Origin: Ignavibacteriota bacterium
GTDB lineage: Bacteria > Bacteroidota > Ignavibacteria > UBA10030
Length of the DNA: 64,000 bases
Direction: 5' to 3'
Assembly: GCA_963727825.1 (NCBI GenBank)
Contig: CAVSHO010000009.1
Location: 608,001-672,000 of the forward strand
The notes under the pieces were generated by a model. It was given only the letters and a program-made list of their open reading frames with translations. It was not told the origin of the DNA and did no database searches. The translations under genes were made by a program, and so were the position numbers. Below, one piece after another: positions 40,720-52,562 of the stretch. How positions within the stretch are numbered: the first letter of the stretch is position 1; the number at the start of each line of letters is the position of its first letter.

Positions 40720-42359
40720 GTCGGCTCCGATGCGGTTCGTTCATATTCTGAATAGTCATACGGTCCTGCAGTGACAACCGGAATTTCTTGAAAATTTTCT
40801 GTCGGCGGCGGTGATGAGACCGTCCATTCAAGCGTTCGTCCGCCCCAAGGATTCGCCGATGCCTTATCGCCACGTTTTAATGACACAATCAGATTAATGA
40901 TAAGAATAAGTATCCCGGCGACCATAATCCACGAACCGACGGTTGCAATACGTTGAAGCGTTTGATATTCAGAGAGGTAATGATAATATCTACGAGGCAT
41001 ACCAATATACCCCAGTATTAGCATCGGGAAATAGAGAATGTTAAATCCAATTGTCATGAACAACCACCCGATAAATGCCGGGCGTTTTTTGTACATCCTT
41101 CCGAACATTTTTGGAAACCAATAATGCATTGCGCCAAAGAGAGCAAATCCTGTTCCGCCAAACATTACATAATGAAAGTGGCCAACAACGAAATACGTGT
41201 CTGTTACGTGGATATTCACCGATAGTGCACCAAGCATCAATCCGGTAAGTCCGCCAATGCTGAATTGTACGATGAAGGCAAGCATAAAGAGAAGAGGAAC
41301 CTCAAGTTCAATCGATCCTTTGTAGAGTGTCGCAACCCAGTTAAAGACTTTGATAGCGCTTGGAATTGCGACCAGAAAGGTTAAGAGTGAGAACATAAAC
41401 ATTCCCGTATTACTCATTCCAACGGTGAACATGTGATGTGCCCACACGAGCGAACCGACAGAAGCAATCGCCAAACTGGAATAGGCAATAGGTTTATACC
41501 CAAAGATTGTCCGACGCGCAAATACAGGAATTATTTCCGATACCACTCCCATGGCTGGAAGAATGATAATATAGACTGCGGGGTGAGAATACATCCAGAA
41601 TAAATGTTGATACAAGACAGGATCCCCTCCTAGAGTTGGGTCGAAAATACCAACTCCAAACAACCGTTCAATGGTCACGAGTAAAAGCGTAATACCAATA
41701 ACGGGTGTGGCAAGAACTTGGACCCACCCCGTTGCATATAACGACCAGACGAACAACGGCATTTTAAACCAGGTCATTCCATGTGCCCGCATGCGATGAA
41801 TGGTGGTGATAAAATTCAACCCTGTTAAGATTGAGGAAAAGCCAAGGATGAACGCGGCCAGCAGAGCGGGGATAATATTTGTATTGGAACGGATGCTGTA
41901 AGGAACATAAAATGTCCATCCGGTATCCGCAGCGCCACCCGGAAGAAAAAGCGAAACAAGCGCAAGTGTTCCACCGGCAATGAAGAGCCACCACGACAAA
42001 AGATTTAACCGCGGAAAAAATACGTCTTTCGCCCCGATCATTAACGGTAGGAAGAAATTGCCGAATATAGCCGGAAACGCCGGAATGACAACTAAAAAAA
42101 TCATAATAATACCATGCAGCGTAAAGAATGTGTTGTACATCTGTGCCGTGACAATAGTGTTTTCCGGATTTAACATTTCCAGCCGCATTAAAAATCCGAG
42201 GGTCATCCCAACCAAGAAAAACACGATGATGGCTGTAAGATACAGGATACCGATTCGTTTGTGATCGGTACTGAAAATCCAGCCAAAAATTCCCTTCAAC
42301 CTTGTTTTCTCGTGATAAAAATCAGGTACGGTGTCCATAGCGATTGCTTCTGTTGTCAT
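40716..42359 (-). CDS. coxA: Cytochrome c oxidase subunit I, A2 type
   Basis: DHKRIG, GWTFY, YSHPAVY (A2 YS signature), WAHH, HFHY, GMPRRY. Confidence 0.96.
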   Translation of the reverse strand: MTTEAIAMDTVPDFYHEKTRLKGIFGWIFSTDHKRIGILYLTAIIVFFLVGMTLGFLMRLEMLNPENTIVTAQMYNTFFTLHGIIMIFLVVIPAFPAIFGNFFLPLMIGAKDVFFPRLNLLSWWLFIAGGTLALVSLFLPGGAADTGWTFYVPYSIRSNTNIIPALLAAFILGFSSILTGLNFITTIHRMRAHGMTWFKMPLFVWSLYATGWVQVLATPVIGITLLLVTIERLFGVGIFDPTLGGDPVLYQHLFWMYSHPAVYIIILPAMGVVSEIIPVFARRTIFGYKPIAYSSLAIASVGSLVWAHHMFTVGMSNTGMFMFSLLTFLVAIPSAIKVFNWVATLYKGSIELEVPLLFMLAFIVQFSIGGLTGLMLGALSVNIHVTDTYFVVGHFHYVMFGGTGFALFGAMHYWFPKMFGRMYKKRPAFIGWLFMTIGFNILYFPMLILGYIGMPRRYYHYLSEYQTLQRIATVGSWIMVAGILILIINLIVSLKRGDKASANPWGGRTLEWTVSSPPPTENFQEIPVVTAGPYDYSEYERTASEPT

Positions 42360-42363
42360 AGAG

Positions 42364-43134
42364 TTATAGCCTTTCTTTTTTCTTCTTTGGTATTACTATG
42401 AACACTACCACAAACAAGGCAACTAAGCCTACAACGACTACTCCACTGATCTGGACAATATTAAATACATAATGTTTCCCATCCGGATCGTATGTGTAAC
42501 ACATATTTAATATCTTCGATATGGTTGGTGCAGTATGTCCTTGCGAAGCTTCCATAACAGCCAGTTTTACATCAAGCGGAAGTTGATAAATACCATAAAG
42601 GTACCGTGTTATTTTTCCCTCAGGAGAAACTGCAATGAGCCCTGTCGGATGAATCCAATCCTTCCCGCTTCGTTGATAATAAAATCCCATACTATCGGTA
42701 AGGCGGCATATATTTGTGCTGTCCCCGGTGAGAAATCGCCATCCATCGGGATTTACTGATTTTCTTATTTCGCCGAGATAATTATCACGTTTGTCTGACG
42801 CTGTTTCGGGCTGCTCTGTAAAATCGAAACTGATGGTGAGAATCTGATAATCTTTTCCAAGTTCTAGATCCATCTTGTCTACAACTTTGGTAACCTCATT
42901 AAGCAAAGGAGTGCAGATGCCGGTGCATCGGAAATAGACAAACGCAATAAGCGTCGGCTTGTTGATAAGCGATTTAAGTTGGACAAGATTCCCGGATTCA
43001 TCATACAATTCTACATCCAGCGGTACATAGTGTCCGAGTTTTTCGATGATACCGACAGGAGGCTTTGCCTGCTGCCCCATTCCCTTCATCGTAACGAAGA
43101 AGAGTAACAGAGTAAAAATAATTCTCTTTTTCAT
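42364..43134 (-). CDS. SCO family copper chaperone
   Basis: CTGIC, WRFLTG, HP, GKITRYLYG. Confidence 0.9.
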   Translation of the reverse strand: MKKRIIFTLLLFFVTMKGMGQQAKPPVGIIEKLGHYVPLDVELYDESGNLVQLKSLINKPTLIAFVYFRCTGICTPLLNEVTKVVDKMDLELGKDYQILTISFDFTEQPETASDKRDNYLGEIRKSVNPDGWRFLTGDSTNICRLTDSMGFYYQRSGKDWIHPTGLIAVSPEGKITRYLYGIYQLPLDVKLAVMEASQGHTAPTISKILNMCYTYDPDGKHYVFNIVQISGVVVVGLVALFVVVFIVIPKKKKERL

Positions 43135-43146
43135 AGGTATGGATCT

Positions 43147-44082
43147 CTATTGAATGATTGAATACATATATCGATACAACTCCCTCCACTCATCTTGGGA
43201 CAAAAGAGCGACAGTTGGTTTAAATCCAAGATAAATCGGGTCGGAAGATATATCCTTAATAAACTCATCTACATTCCGTACATTATTTTTCATGTGGTGA
43301 ACGCTTATGATTACCTTTGTTTTGTCTAACGAGATACGTTTTAATATTTCCGCACCGATAGTTTCTGATGCATCCATTGTTCTTCTGACTTCCTGAATCT
43401 TTGCGATGAACGGATCATTCTCCTTGGTTACAATTTGCATTGCCTTTTTGATCGGTATTTGCCCAGCAACGTTCATTCCTTTGGAAAGTTGATACACAGC
43501 ATCAAGTTGTTTTAATTCCTCCGGAGAATCCTGAGGTTGATTGTTCGCAAGTGTTCGTGTATAGTGAATCAAAGCAAATCTATCTTCAGGAGGCATATAA
43601 TTATATGATGCCATGCCGCTCCCGGTAATTCCCTCTTCCAGTGTTTTATATATCTGCGAAACTTTTGAGCCGTTTTTCCAGCCAGTAAGTGAATGAAAAT
43701 TACGAGGTTTCGGATTTAGCATAGATGCCGATGGCCCGTCGCCTTGGCCGTTTTCGCCATGACATGCAACGCAATTTGCTTTGAATAATTCTTGTCCTCT
43801 ATTGATAAATTCCGGTGTAGAGACACCAGCCTTCATTACGTCTACTGGCGGAATAACACGCGGACTCTGCAAAGGAATATCCTTTATCAAAGCTACTGAA
43901 TCTTGCAAAACCGATGGATTGACTGCGTTCTTCCCAATCGTACTCAGATTCCAAATATAAAGCAACCCAATGCCTACCAAGATGATAATAACATATATGT
44001 ATGAATAGCCAAATAATTTCTCCGGCTTTCTTACAAAATCCATCCAATCAATCTCATCTTTATAGTGTGGTGTTTGATCCAT
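43147..44082 (-). CDS. Membrane-anchored monoheme cytochrome c
   Basis: One TM, CVACH, GDGP...NPKPRNF, GMASY. Confidence 0.88.
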   Translation of the reverse strand: MDQTPHYKDEIDWMDFVRKPEKLFGYSYIYVIIILVGIGLLYIWNLSTIGKNAVNPSVLQDSVALIKDIPLQSPRVIPPVDVMKAGVSTPEFINRGQELFKANCVACHGENGQGDGPSASMLNPKPRNFHSLTGWKNGSKVSQIYKTLEEGITGSGMASYNYMPPEDRFALIHYTRTLANNQPQDSPEELKQLDAVYQLSKGMNVAGQIPIKKAMQIVTKENDPFIAKIQEVRRTMDASETIGAEILKRISLDKTKVIISVHHMKNNVRNVDEFIKDISSDPIYLGFKPTVALLSQDEWRELYRYMYSIIQ

Positions 44083-44101
44083 TGTTCTTTTCTATCAACA
44101 A

Positions 44102-45286
44102 TTACAGTCGAAATTCTAATCCGCGTCCGAGCTTCGGGTCGCCGATTGGTATTAAATTCTGCCGCTTCATCTTCCACACAAAAACGATACATACCAAGCC
44201 TATAATGAGAATAGGAAAACTGATTTCCATCCAAGTCAATACCGGAGATGCGCTAAAACTCGGCATGACAAGCCAATACAAATCGAGCAGATGAGCAAAG
44301 AGCAACCAAATGGATATAAACTTCAGCCGTTTCAGATCCATCTTTGAATCCTGAGATAACAGCATAAAATACGGGACAGCAAAATGGACAACAATAAGGA
44401 GGATCGAGATATACTCCCAGCCGTTTTTCCAGCGAGCAATAAACCAGTATGTTTCTTCCGGCAAGTTCGCATACCAGATGAGCAGAAATTGACTGAAGGC
44501 TATGTATGCCCAGAAGTTGACAAAAACAAACATTAATGTGCCGAGGCTGTAAAAATGATCACGCCTCAATTGCGGAAAATATCCATGCACGTGCAGTTTT
44601 ACGATGATATATGTCGCGGCTGATACTCCCGCTAAAACAGTGCCGGAAAAATAATACACTCCATAAATTGTTGAATACCAATGCGGTTCTAAACTCATCG
44701 CCCAATCAATTGCAATTGAAGTCAATCCAATTGCAAAAGTTGGAATAAAAGCCGCAGCGAGGCCAATATTGAATTTAGTACGCTTCTGATCTTTATCGGT
44801 ATCCTGCTTTAGCGAATTCCGTGTAAACAAATAAAAGAAAAGTGTCCACGATCCGAAAATAACAACAAACCGGACTGTAAAAAAGTTTACGTTCAGGTAC
44901 GGTTCTTTTACTTTCAGCAAAGTATCATGTGCAACTGTTTCTGTATTCACCCATGGAAAGAGATCGTGCAGATGGAAAAAAAGCGGCAATGCCATTAGCG
45001 CTGCGAAAGGAATTAAAGAAGCAAGGAACTCATTCACTCGCCGCATCGGAACACTCCAGACGGCCCCAGCGATATATTCGAGTGCGATGAGGAATAAGGC
45101 ACCGGCACCGACACTTGTGAGAAAAAGAAAATTCACTACGTGTTCAAATGCTGCATGTCGAACATCCACCAGATAACCGATTGCATAACACGCTATACCC
45201 GACATAAGAAGCCCCCAACCAATTCTGCCGATTATCGCAGGCAAAGGTTTCTTAAACGATTCTGTTGAAGAAGGTGGGCCGATCAT
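44102..45286 (-). CDS. actF: Alternative complex III subunit ActF
   Basis: DWAMSLEPHWYSTIYG, FWAYIAFSQFLLIWYANLPEE. Confidence 0.9.
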   Translation of the reverse strand: MIGPPSSTESFKKPLPAIIGRIGWGLLMSGIACYAIGYLVDVRHAAFEHVVNFLFLTSVGAGALFLIALEYIAGAVWSVPMRRVNEFLASLIPFAALMALPLFFHLHDLFPWVNTETVAHDTLLKVKEPYLNVNFFTVRFVVIFGSWTLFFYLFTRNSLKQDTDKDQKRTKFNIGLAAAFIPTFAIGLTSIAIDWAMSLEPHWYSTIYGVYYFSGTVLAGVSAATYIIVKLHVHGYFPQLRRDHFYSLGTLMFVFVNFWAYIAFSQFLLIWYANLPEETYWFIARWKNGWEYISILLIVVHFAVPYFMLLSQDSKMDLKRLKFISIWLLFAHLLDLYWLVMPSFSASPVLTWMEISFPILIIGLVCIVFVWKMKRQNLIPIGDPKLGRGLEFRL

Positions 45287-46442
45287 TTTAAGTCGGACTC
45301 CTTTGCATTTTGCGCCCGCTGGAGAACACGAATATAATTGATGATCGCCCAGCGTTCTTCTGGAGAAATTTGAGGGGCATAGCTCGGCATGGCATTCTGC
45401 CCTTCAGTGATAACATGATAAATTCTTCCATCTGTCCAATTGCGAATTTTCTCCGAATGCAGAGTTGGCGGATTGGGGAATTGTCCCTGCAAGCGGCTGT
45501 CGCCGCGCGCGAAGTTGCCGTGACACGGACTGCAGAAGGTAAGATATTTTGACTTTCCCTTGTCCAGCACTTCTTTTGTAGGCAGCAATGGATCAACGAG
45601 ATATTTTCCGGCGTCTTCAGGTTTACCTTTGAATGGATACGGCATAAATCCGCTCGCTATAGTTCCTTCCACCGGCTGCCGCATTCCAATGCCATTCTTA
45701 AACAATTCGCTCGGCTGTTGTGCTTTCAACTTGTTCTGCACCATCATCCAATTAAAAGGCTGCATATAAAGGAGTTTGTTCAGTGTGAAATATGATGCTC
45801 CAGAAACTGTCAGCGCAACGACGATAAGAACACCGATAAATTTCAAATCGAAAAGCTGTTGTCCGTGATCGAGTTCTTCCGGTTCAAAATATACAGATGT
45901 AATTTCTTCTCCCCCTATTGATTTGAGAAATTCTCTTACTCGTTTTTCATCAAACTTCGTATCTTCTGCCTGGATACTGAGACCAAACTTGTCGGAGGAA
46001 ACCTGCTTCATATATCGTGTGTCATGCAGGGGGTGCGCATTGTTCGGAAATTTAAAATAGAGAACGATCATCGTCAATGTAGAAAGGACAGACGCAAACA
46101 AGACCATTACTTCGAATGAGACAGGTACAAATGCAGGCCACGACCAGAATGGTTTTCCGCCGATGACGAGCGGGTAATCGGAGATTGTTATCCACGAAAT
46201 AAATGTAACAGCGCCTAATGCACCAAGCAGACCGAATGCGAATGCAAAGTAACCGATCATCGATGTCTTTAATCGCATCGCATGGTCACATGCCATGAAC
46301 AGGGTACGGTGTATGCACATCGAACTTAGTATATCCGGCATTACTTGTTTTTTCTGCTGCATGAATAATTTCATCCGGTGAATTGAACAAAGCTGTTATC
46401 GAATACAATGGTTTTTGCTTAATAGATAGTTTCTTGTTCAAT
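45283..46442 (-). CDS. actD: Alternative complex III ActD (DUF3341)-ActE (cytochrome c) fusion, frameshifted near 46288
   Basis: N-terminus ([20 protein letters not shown]) lies in the ActC frame; it continues [22 protein letters not shown], then CSPCH and MPSY. Confidence 0.82.
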
Positions 46443-47809
46443 GATTGTTTAGTCTGTGCACCATCGATCACTGCCTTCAATTCCGCCATCGCTACCGTCG
46501 GCAGGAAGCGGACAAAGAGCAATACACAGGTGAAAAACAAACCGAATCCAAGCGATAAAATTCCATAGTCATAGAGTGTCGGTGAAAAATGGCCCCAACT
46601 CGACGGTAAAAAATCCCGCGAAAGAGACGTGACAATAATGACATACCTTTCAAACCACATGCCGACATTCACAAAAATACCGATGATAAACATAAAAGGA
46701 ACATATGTGCGAATTTTTTTGAACCAAAATCCCTGAACAAAAATAACATTGCAGGAAACCATCGTCCAGTATGCCCATGCGTACGGCCCGAGTGCACGGT
46801 TGAGGAACACAAACCTCTCGAACTGGCTTCCGCTGTACCATGCCATGAAAAATTCCATTGCGTACGCATATCCAACCATACTGCCGGTAAGAAGCATGAC
46901 CTTGTTCATGTTTTCAAGATGTTTTATCGTGATGATATGTTCGAATTTGAACATCTTCCGAACAACAACAAGCACGTTCTGCACCATCGCAAAGCCGGAG
47001 AAAACCGCACCGGCAACAAAGTACGGCGGGAAGATTGTCGAATGCCAGCCGGGTAAAATCGAAACTGCAAAGTCAAAGCTCACAATAGTATGCACCGAGA
47101 GCACGAGCGGCGTGGCAAAACCTGCAAGGATAAGATACAACCGTTCATAATGTGTCCAATGACGATTCGAAAACCGCCAGCCCAGACTGAGAATGGAATA
47201 GATTATTTTCTTGTATTTATTTTCTGCCCGATCACGCAATGTAGCAAAGTCCGGTATGAGGCCAAGATACCAAAAGACAAACGAAACGGCGAAATATGTC
47301 GAGACAGCAAACACATCCCACACAAGCGGCGAGTTGAAGTTAATCCACAATCCATGTTGATTGGGATACGGGAAGAGATATCCCATCAGCCAGACACGAC
47401 CAAGATGTGTCACGGTCACAAACATGCCGGCGCACATGACTGCAAAGATAGTCATTGCCTCCGCAAAGCGCGCAATGGCATTCCGCCACCGCTGACGCAT
47501 GAGAAATAGAATGGCTGAAATAAGCGTACCTGCATGACCAATTCCAACCCAAAAAACGAAATTTGTAACGTCAAACGCCCATGCAACTGGCTGATTGAAC
47601 CCTGCCACTCCAAGCCCCTTCAACTGGATCATTGTTACCGCAAAGAGTCCAAACGACAACACGGAAAGCGATATAGCGAATGCGATCCACCAACGTTTCG
47701 AAGGGAAGCGGATGAGCGGAGCTTCTATTGCCGCGTCAATGTCCGCCGATGCAACCGGCTGCGTTGTAATCTGTGGTTCTTTTGTATAATCAATAACCGC
47801 GGAAGTCAA
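46286..47809 (-). CDS. actC: Alternative complex III subunit ActC (NrfD/PsrC family); true stop probably near 46438
   Basis: [44 protein letters not shown]. Confidence 0.92.
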   Translation of the reverse strand: MTSAVIDYTKEPQITTQPVASADIDAAIEAPLIRFPSKRWWIAFAISLSVLSFGLFAVTMIQLKGLGVAGFNQPVAWAFDVTNFVFWVGIGHAGTLISAILFLMRQRWRNAIARFAEAMTIFAVMCAGMFVTVTHLGRVWLMGYLFPYPNQHGLWINFNSPLVWDVFAVSTYFAVSFVFWYLGLIPDFATLRDRAENKYKKIIYSILSLGWRFSNRHWTHYERLYLILAGFATPLVLSVHTIVSFDFAVSILPGWHSTIFPPYFVAGAVFSGFAMVQNVLVVVRKMFKFEHIITIKHLENMNKVMLLTGSMVGYAYAMEFFMAWYSGSQFERFVFLNRALGPYAWAYWTMVSCNVIFVQGFWFKKIRTYVPFMFIIGIFVNVGMWFERYVIIVTSLSRDFLPSSWGHFSPTLYDYGILSLGFGLFFTCVLLFVRFLPTVAMAELKAVIDGAQTKQSLNKKLSIKQKPLYSITALFNSPDEIIHAAEKTSNAGYTKFDVHTPYPVHGM

Positions 47810-50800
47810 CCTGATTTCTCCGATTCAACATTACGCAATTTGGCAAGGTACGTTACATTCGGACGCACATTCGTCTCTTCCAGCACATGATACCCCAGTG
47901 TATGCGTCCGGTACTTCGACACTTCTGAATTCGAGTCATTCATATCTCCAAACACAATCGCTGTCGCAGGACATGCTTCCTGGCACGCCGTTTTTACATC
48001 GCTGCCTTTAAGCTCACGTCCTTGTTCGATTGCATATTGCCGCGCTTCCATAATTCGCTGGATGCAGAAGGTACATTTTTCCATCACGCCGCGCGAGCGA
48101 ACAGTGACTTCCGGATTATGCACAAGACTCACCGGTTGTTGCTCATAATATCCAGCAGCAAAATTAGTATGCCAATTATAGAAATTAAAGCGACGTACCT
48201 TATAGGGACAGTTGTTCGAACAATACTTTGTTCCAACGCAGCGATTATACACCATTTGATTAAGGCCGTCAGGACTATGATTGGTCGCTGCAACAGGACA
48301 TACATTTTCACAGGGTGCATTATCGCACTGCTGACATAACATCGGTTGATGGCTTAATAATGGATCTGCGTCGATTCCTGAATAATATCGATCGATGCGA
48401 ATCCATTGCATCGCACGCCCTTTTGCTGTTTGTTCTTTACCAACCACGGGAATATTGTTTTCCACATTACATCCCGCTACACAAACATTGCATCCGATAC
48501 ATTTATTCAGATCGATGGACATTGCCCATTTGACACCTTTATATTCGATTTCCTTGGTAATGCTGGGCAATTTTGTTTTTTCTTCATGGAAGAAATTCGG
48601 ATTCTTTTCGTACTCAGCGAGGGTTTCCTCACGGATAATTTTTCTCTTGAGATGCAGATCCTTCGTGAATTCATCGTCGAGCGAATGATGCTCTTGTGTA
48701 GAAACAAGTTCGTACTTCTCCACGGTTTTAGCTATTATCGCCCCCGTAAAAACGTGTGGGCCAGTGAATGATGCTTTCGTAAGCAATGGACATGCATTCA
48801 CTCCGACATTACTTCCAATGGGGCCAGCGTTAGTTCGTCCATACCCGAGTGAAATAGAAATACAATCATCTGCCTGCCCAGGCTGCAAAAAAACTGGTAC
48901 CGATAAAGACCCTTGTGGCAGCTTCACTTCAACTATATCGTTATTCTTGAGGTTAAGAGACCATGCTGTTTTTGGCGAGATTGCAGCATAATTATCCCAC
49001 ACAATCTTTGATATCGGATCCGGCAACTCCTGAAGCCACCCGTTGTTTGCAAACTCACCATCTCCAATAAAAGAACTTTCCGTTAATGCAACCGCCGTTC
49101 CAGAAACCGGCACGAGCGCAATTGAGGTGAGCGCACCGGTATTAAACTTTCTGTCGTTCTTCATCGGTTCATGAAACTTTACAACTCCATCATGCAAAGA
49201 GGAATACCAGAACGTCTTGAAATCAACTTTAAGCTTGAGCATCGGGAATACTTCCTTTTCCCAGCGGCTCATGAGATATTCGTGGTAGATCGTTTCCTTG
49301 TAAGGCTCATTTTTATTCATCCAAGAAAGCAAGACTGCTTCTTTTTGCCGCGTATCATATAAAGGAGCAATGACTGGCTGCTGTAGAGAAATAATTCCAC
49401 TCCTTACTTGATAATCACCCCACGATTCGAACGCATGATGAATCGGGAGCACGAAGGTACAGTGCCGGGATGTCTCGTTCTCCGACTCAACAAGGCTGAT
49501 GCTGAGTGGAGTGGATTTCAACGCCTTTTCATAATCAAATTCTTTGGGAAAATGATAGAGAGGATTTGAATCAAAGTGGACGACAATCCCAACTCTTCCT
49601 GATTTCATCCCGCTGATAAGCACTTCTATTTCTTCAGAGGATGATAACGGCATACTATTTATTGTACGATGTTCCTTCTGGAAAAGGGTTATATTGCCAA
49701 GAAGTTCATTCAGATAGTTCACGGCAATATGCACTTCTTCCGAGAGAATGTCCCCGGCATAGATCATTGCCTCACCGCGATGGGTCTTTAAATCGTCGAT
49801 AAGGCGTTGCAGTATCTCAGTTGAAAGTTCATAGTTCTGTGCAACATCTTGAAGAGACGGGCTCGACGGGAAGTTATTGCCACCGAGTTCCTTTGCAAGT
49901 GCTAAGACAAATTCCACCTGTGCATCCGGTCGGAGCCGCAGTCTATAATCTGCATTGGCACCAGTCAGAGACATTGCACCTTCCATACAGTACAGACGGT
50001 TGAAGGTTTTAGATTTCATGATATCCCGGGCATTCGTGAATTTGCGGATTTGTTCGACCACCATTCCATCCGTCCCAAGGAAATCGGATTCTAACGCAAG
50101 AATAATTTTTGCTTTTTCCCACTCAACAACCGGCAAATCCAATGAACCATAACATTTATGCCATGCTTTTCTTCGTGGTTCATCATTCAAAAGCGAGTAG
50201 CTGTAGACTTTTGTTGTTGGGTACTTTGATTTAAATTCATCCAATAGTTTTTTTGTTGTCGGCGAATTGATTTCTCTTGTCACAACTGCAATTTCTTTTC
50301 CGCTGTGAACGGCATCAGTAAGACTTCGAATAATCTCTTCATCTATCTGCTTCCAGGATGCATCTCCATGTTTATCGGAAGCACCTGCATAGTGCGGTGT
50401 GCGCAAACGAAATGGATCGTAGAGATTCAGAACGCTTGCCTGTCCTTTTGCGCAAATTTTTCCGCGGTTGATGGGATGGTCCGTGTTGCCGTCAATTTTA
50501 ATAGGACGGCCTTCACGTGTTTTGATAAAAATGCCGCATGCTTGTGAACATCCCGTACAGGTAGAAGCATAATAATTCGGAACACCTGGGGTTACTTCTT
50601 CAGGTTTTTTTGTATACGGAACGATTTCACCTTTGTCCCGATAGTTTGAACACCCGGCTGCTGTAAACGCAGCGGAAGCAGCAAGCAGCGCAAGAAATTG
50701 TTTGCGTGACATTCCTGACATTTCCGACGGAGAAAAATCATCTGTCGCACCATCAAAAAACTCATGCATTTCTGGTGAAGCATTAGATTTTTGTGTATCC

Positions 50801-50841
50801 AATTCACGGAGGCTTTTCCAATATTTCGGATTATGCACCAT
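47806..50841 (-). CDS. actB: Alternative complex III subunit ActB (molybdopterin-oxidoreductase-like + Fe-S)
   Basis: YWKSL, SRKQFL Tat variant, [53 protein letters not shown]. Confidence 0.93.
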   Translation of the reverse strand: MVHNPKYWKSLRELDTQKSNASPEMHEFFDGATDDFSPSEMSGMSRKQFLALLAASAAFTAAGCSNYRDKGEIVPYTKKPEEVTPGVPNYYASTCTGCSQACGIFIKTREGRPIKIDGNTDHPINRGKICAKGQASVLNLYDPFRLRTPHYAGASDKHGDASWKQIDEEIIRSLTDAVHSGKEIAVVTREINSPTTKKLLDEFKSKYPTTKVYSYSLLNDEPRRKAWHKCYGSLDLPVVEWEKAKIILALESDFLGTDGMVVEQIRKFTNARDIMKSKTFNRLYCMEGAMSLTGANADYRLRLRPDAQVEFVLALAKELGGNNFPSSPSLQDVAQNYELSTEILQRLIDDLKTHRGEAMIYAGDILSEEVHIAVNYLNELLGNITLFQKEHRTINSMPLSSSEEIEVLISGMKSGRVGIVVHFDSNPLYHFPKEFDYEKALKSTPLSISLVESENETSRHCTFVLPIHHAFESWGDYQVRSGIISLQQPVIAPLYDTRQKEAVLLSWMNKNEPYKETIYHEYLMSRWEKEVFPMLKLKVDFKTFWYSSLHDGVVKFHEPMKNDRKFNTGALTSIALVPVSGTAVALTESSFIGDGEFANNGWLQELPDPISKIVWDNYAAISPKTAWSLNLKNNDIVEVKLPQGSLSVPVFLQPGQADDCISISLGYGRTNAGPIGSNVGVNACPLLTKASFTGPHVFTGAIIAKTVEKYELVSTQEHHSLDDEFTKDLHLKRKIIREETLAEYEKNPNFFHEEKTKLPSITKEIEYKGVKWAMSIDLNKCIGCNVCVAGCNVENNIPVVGKEQTAKGRAMQWIRIDRYYSGIDADPLLSHQPMLCQQCDNAPCENVCPVAATNHSPDGLNQMVYNRCVGTKYCSNNCPYKVRRFNFYNWHTNFAAGYYEQQPVSLVHNPEVTVRSRGVMEKCTFCIQRIMEARQYAIEQGRELKGSDVKTACQEACPATAIVFGDMNDSNSEVSKYRTHTLGYHVLEETNVRPNVTYLAKLRNVESEKSG

Positions 50842-51088
50842 GAGATTTTTCTTCCTTATTCGAGCGTGGAATCGCTAACGGATTGATTTTAACCTGAATT
50901 GCTTTATTGCTCTTTATAAGAGCGGTCGAGCGCTCAATACCCGGGAAAAGATTTCCAGCTACCCATCCTCCGGCGATACCGCCAAAAATTCGTATTATAA
51001 AGGAACGACGCTTATACACGTTTTTATCTTCTATTGTTTTCATATTCAATTGTTTACCGATGACACGCATAACAATTTTCGGGTCCAA
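50831..51088 (-). CDS. Small Tat-motif protein between actA and actB (likely start ~51043)
   Basis: KRRSFIIRIFGGIAGGWVAG; stop overlaps the actB start; fills the actA-actB gap exactly. Confidence 0.6.
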   Translation of the reverse strand: MDPKIVMRVIGKQLNMKTIEDKNVYKRRSFIIRIFGGIAGGWVAGNLFPGIERSTALIKSNKAIQVKINPLAIPRSNKEEKSHGA

Positions 51089-51623
51089 TTTTAATGCCGT
51101 GGATATTTGTCAGCAATGTTGGCGCATTGCGATGACAATTCAAGCATGCCGCCATAGTAAATTCCGATACCTGCATTGCACCATCCATATCCTCTACTTT
51201 ACCATGGCAGCTTGCACATTCAATTCCTTTGTTAATATGTACACTGTGATTGAAATACGCATAATCAGGAATACGATGAACACGTTTCCATGGAATGGCA
51301 ATACCTTCATTATAATATTTTGTGAGTTTGACGATTTCCGGCTTGTCTTTCTGTGCTATTGCATGACAATTCATGCAAGTTGCGACAGATGGAATAGTCG
51401 CATGTGGAGAACTATCAACAGCCGTATGGCAGTACTTACAATCAATTTGCATAGTCCCGGCATGGAGCTTATGCGAGAATGCAATTGGCTGAATTGGTGA
51501 ATATCCTACTCCGTCGCGTTCGGCACGAGAATAGAAGTATGTGATGATGAAAAACAGTGCTACGACAAATAGAATGATGGGGAGTCGAATGCGTAGCGTG
51601 TAATCAAGGAGCGCTTTTTTCAT
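51054..51623 (-). CDS. actA: Alternative complex III pentaheme cytochrome ActA
   Basis: One TM, QPIAFSHKLH, five CxxCH motifs (CKYCH, CMNCH, CASCH, CLNCH, CYACH). Confidence 0.92.
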   Translation of the reverse strand: MKKALLDYTLRIRLPIILFVVALFFIITYFYSRAERDGVGYSPIQPIAFSHKLHAGTMQIDCKYCHTAVDSSPHATIPSVATCMNCHAIAQKDKPEIVKLTKYYNEGIAIPWKRVHRIPDYAYFNHSVHINKGIECASCHGKVEDMDGAMQVSEFTMAACLNCHRNAPTLLTNIHGIKIGPENCYACHR

Positions 51624-51909
51624 AAACGTTCGGTGTACATTTTTCTATCTTTCAATTATATCGGCAAAACACACCGATAAGATGATAGCTTTCTGAAGCT
51701 ATCCTACGAAAAAAAAGGTATCAAGTCAATTAGTAGATTGAATTACATTCTGAAGTAAAACGGTAAAGAGTTAAAAAATGATTCCAAACAGACTACATTT
51801 CGAAAAACATTTTTATAAAATAAAAAAGAATGGCTTTTACGCAATCGACATGATTGTTGACAATTTGCAATAGCAGAGAAGAATACGTAAATTTGAGTAG
51901 TATTTTACC

Positions 51910-51984
51910 GGACGCTTAGCTCAGCTGGTTCAGAGCGCTGCCCTTACAAGGCAGAGGTCGTAGGTTCGAACCCCACAGCGTCCA
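51910..51984 (+). tRNA. tRNA-Val(TAC)
   Basis: GGACGCT/AGCGTCC acceptor stem, AGCTCAGCTGG D arm, CTGCC-CTTACAA-GGCAG anticodon arm, GGTTCGAA T loop; CCA not encoded. Confidence 0.95.
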
Positions 51985-52039
51985 CAAAAAAGGCCGTATT
52001 CAACGGGCTTGTGTATGAACGTTTTTTATATTCTTTCTA

Positions 52040-52528
52040 TTACCTTACCTCTTCAAACTCTCCGGTCTTCCGGTTTTTTTTCACATTATTCCACATAAAA
52101 CAGCGTCCATTCATAACAACATAAACACCACATGAAAGAGTTTGTGCAAACGCGAGTGCGCTGCCAAGATTAAAAAGTCCATCAGAGCTTCCAAACTTGT
52201 ATGGTACCATAGCCCCGGTAAGCACAATGGTCTTCTCAAGACCCGCTTTACCAAGCACCTTTGCCGTTTCTTCCATAGTATCGGTGCCATGTGTGATAAC
52301 TATACGGTCTTCTTTACATTTCCGGCATTGCTCAACAATAATCTGGCGATCTGCATCGGTCATCTCCAGACTATCGACAAGCATTAGAGTACGAATTTCC
52401 ACCGGTACTTTGCATCTACCCAGTTTAAGCATTTCCGGCAAGTGCGTGTCTTTAAAAAAGAGTTTGCCGTCCAGTTCATTATATTCTTTATCAAATGTTC
52501 CGCCTGTAATAAAGATTCTAACTGCCAT
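52040..52528 (-). CDS. Asparaginase N-terminal domain protein
   Basis: TGGTFDK, ITHGTDTM, LTGAM; start trimmed to MAVRIF. Confidence 0.88.
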   Translation of the reverse strand: MAVRIFITGGTFDKEYNELDGKLFFKDTHLPEMLKLGRCKVPVEIRTLMLVDSLEMTDADRQIIVEQCRKCKEDRIVITHGTDTMEETAKVLGKAGLEKTIVLTGAMVPYKFGSSDGLFNLGSALAFAQTLSCGVYVVMNGRCFMWNNVKKNRKTGEFEEVR

Positions 52529-52562
52529 ATATTGCTTCCTATTGATATCAGTTTGTTTCTTC

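Noticed and set aside
45283-47809. Natural ActC-ActD-ActE triple fusion
   Set aside because: A one-base deletion recreates a standard ATGA overlap, matching the indel pattern seen elsewhere in the window.
51910-52040. tRNA-Val as an integration site for an island
   Set aside because: No integrase and no duplicated tRNA 3' end seen; flanking genes are housekeeping.
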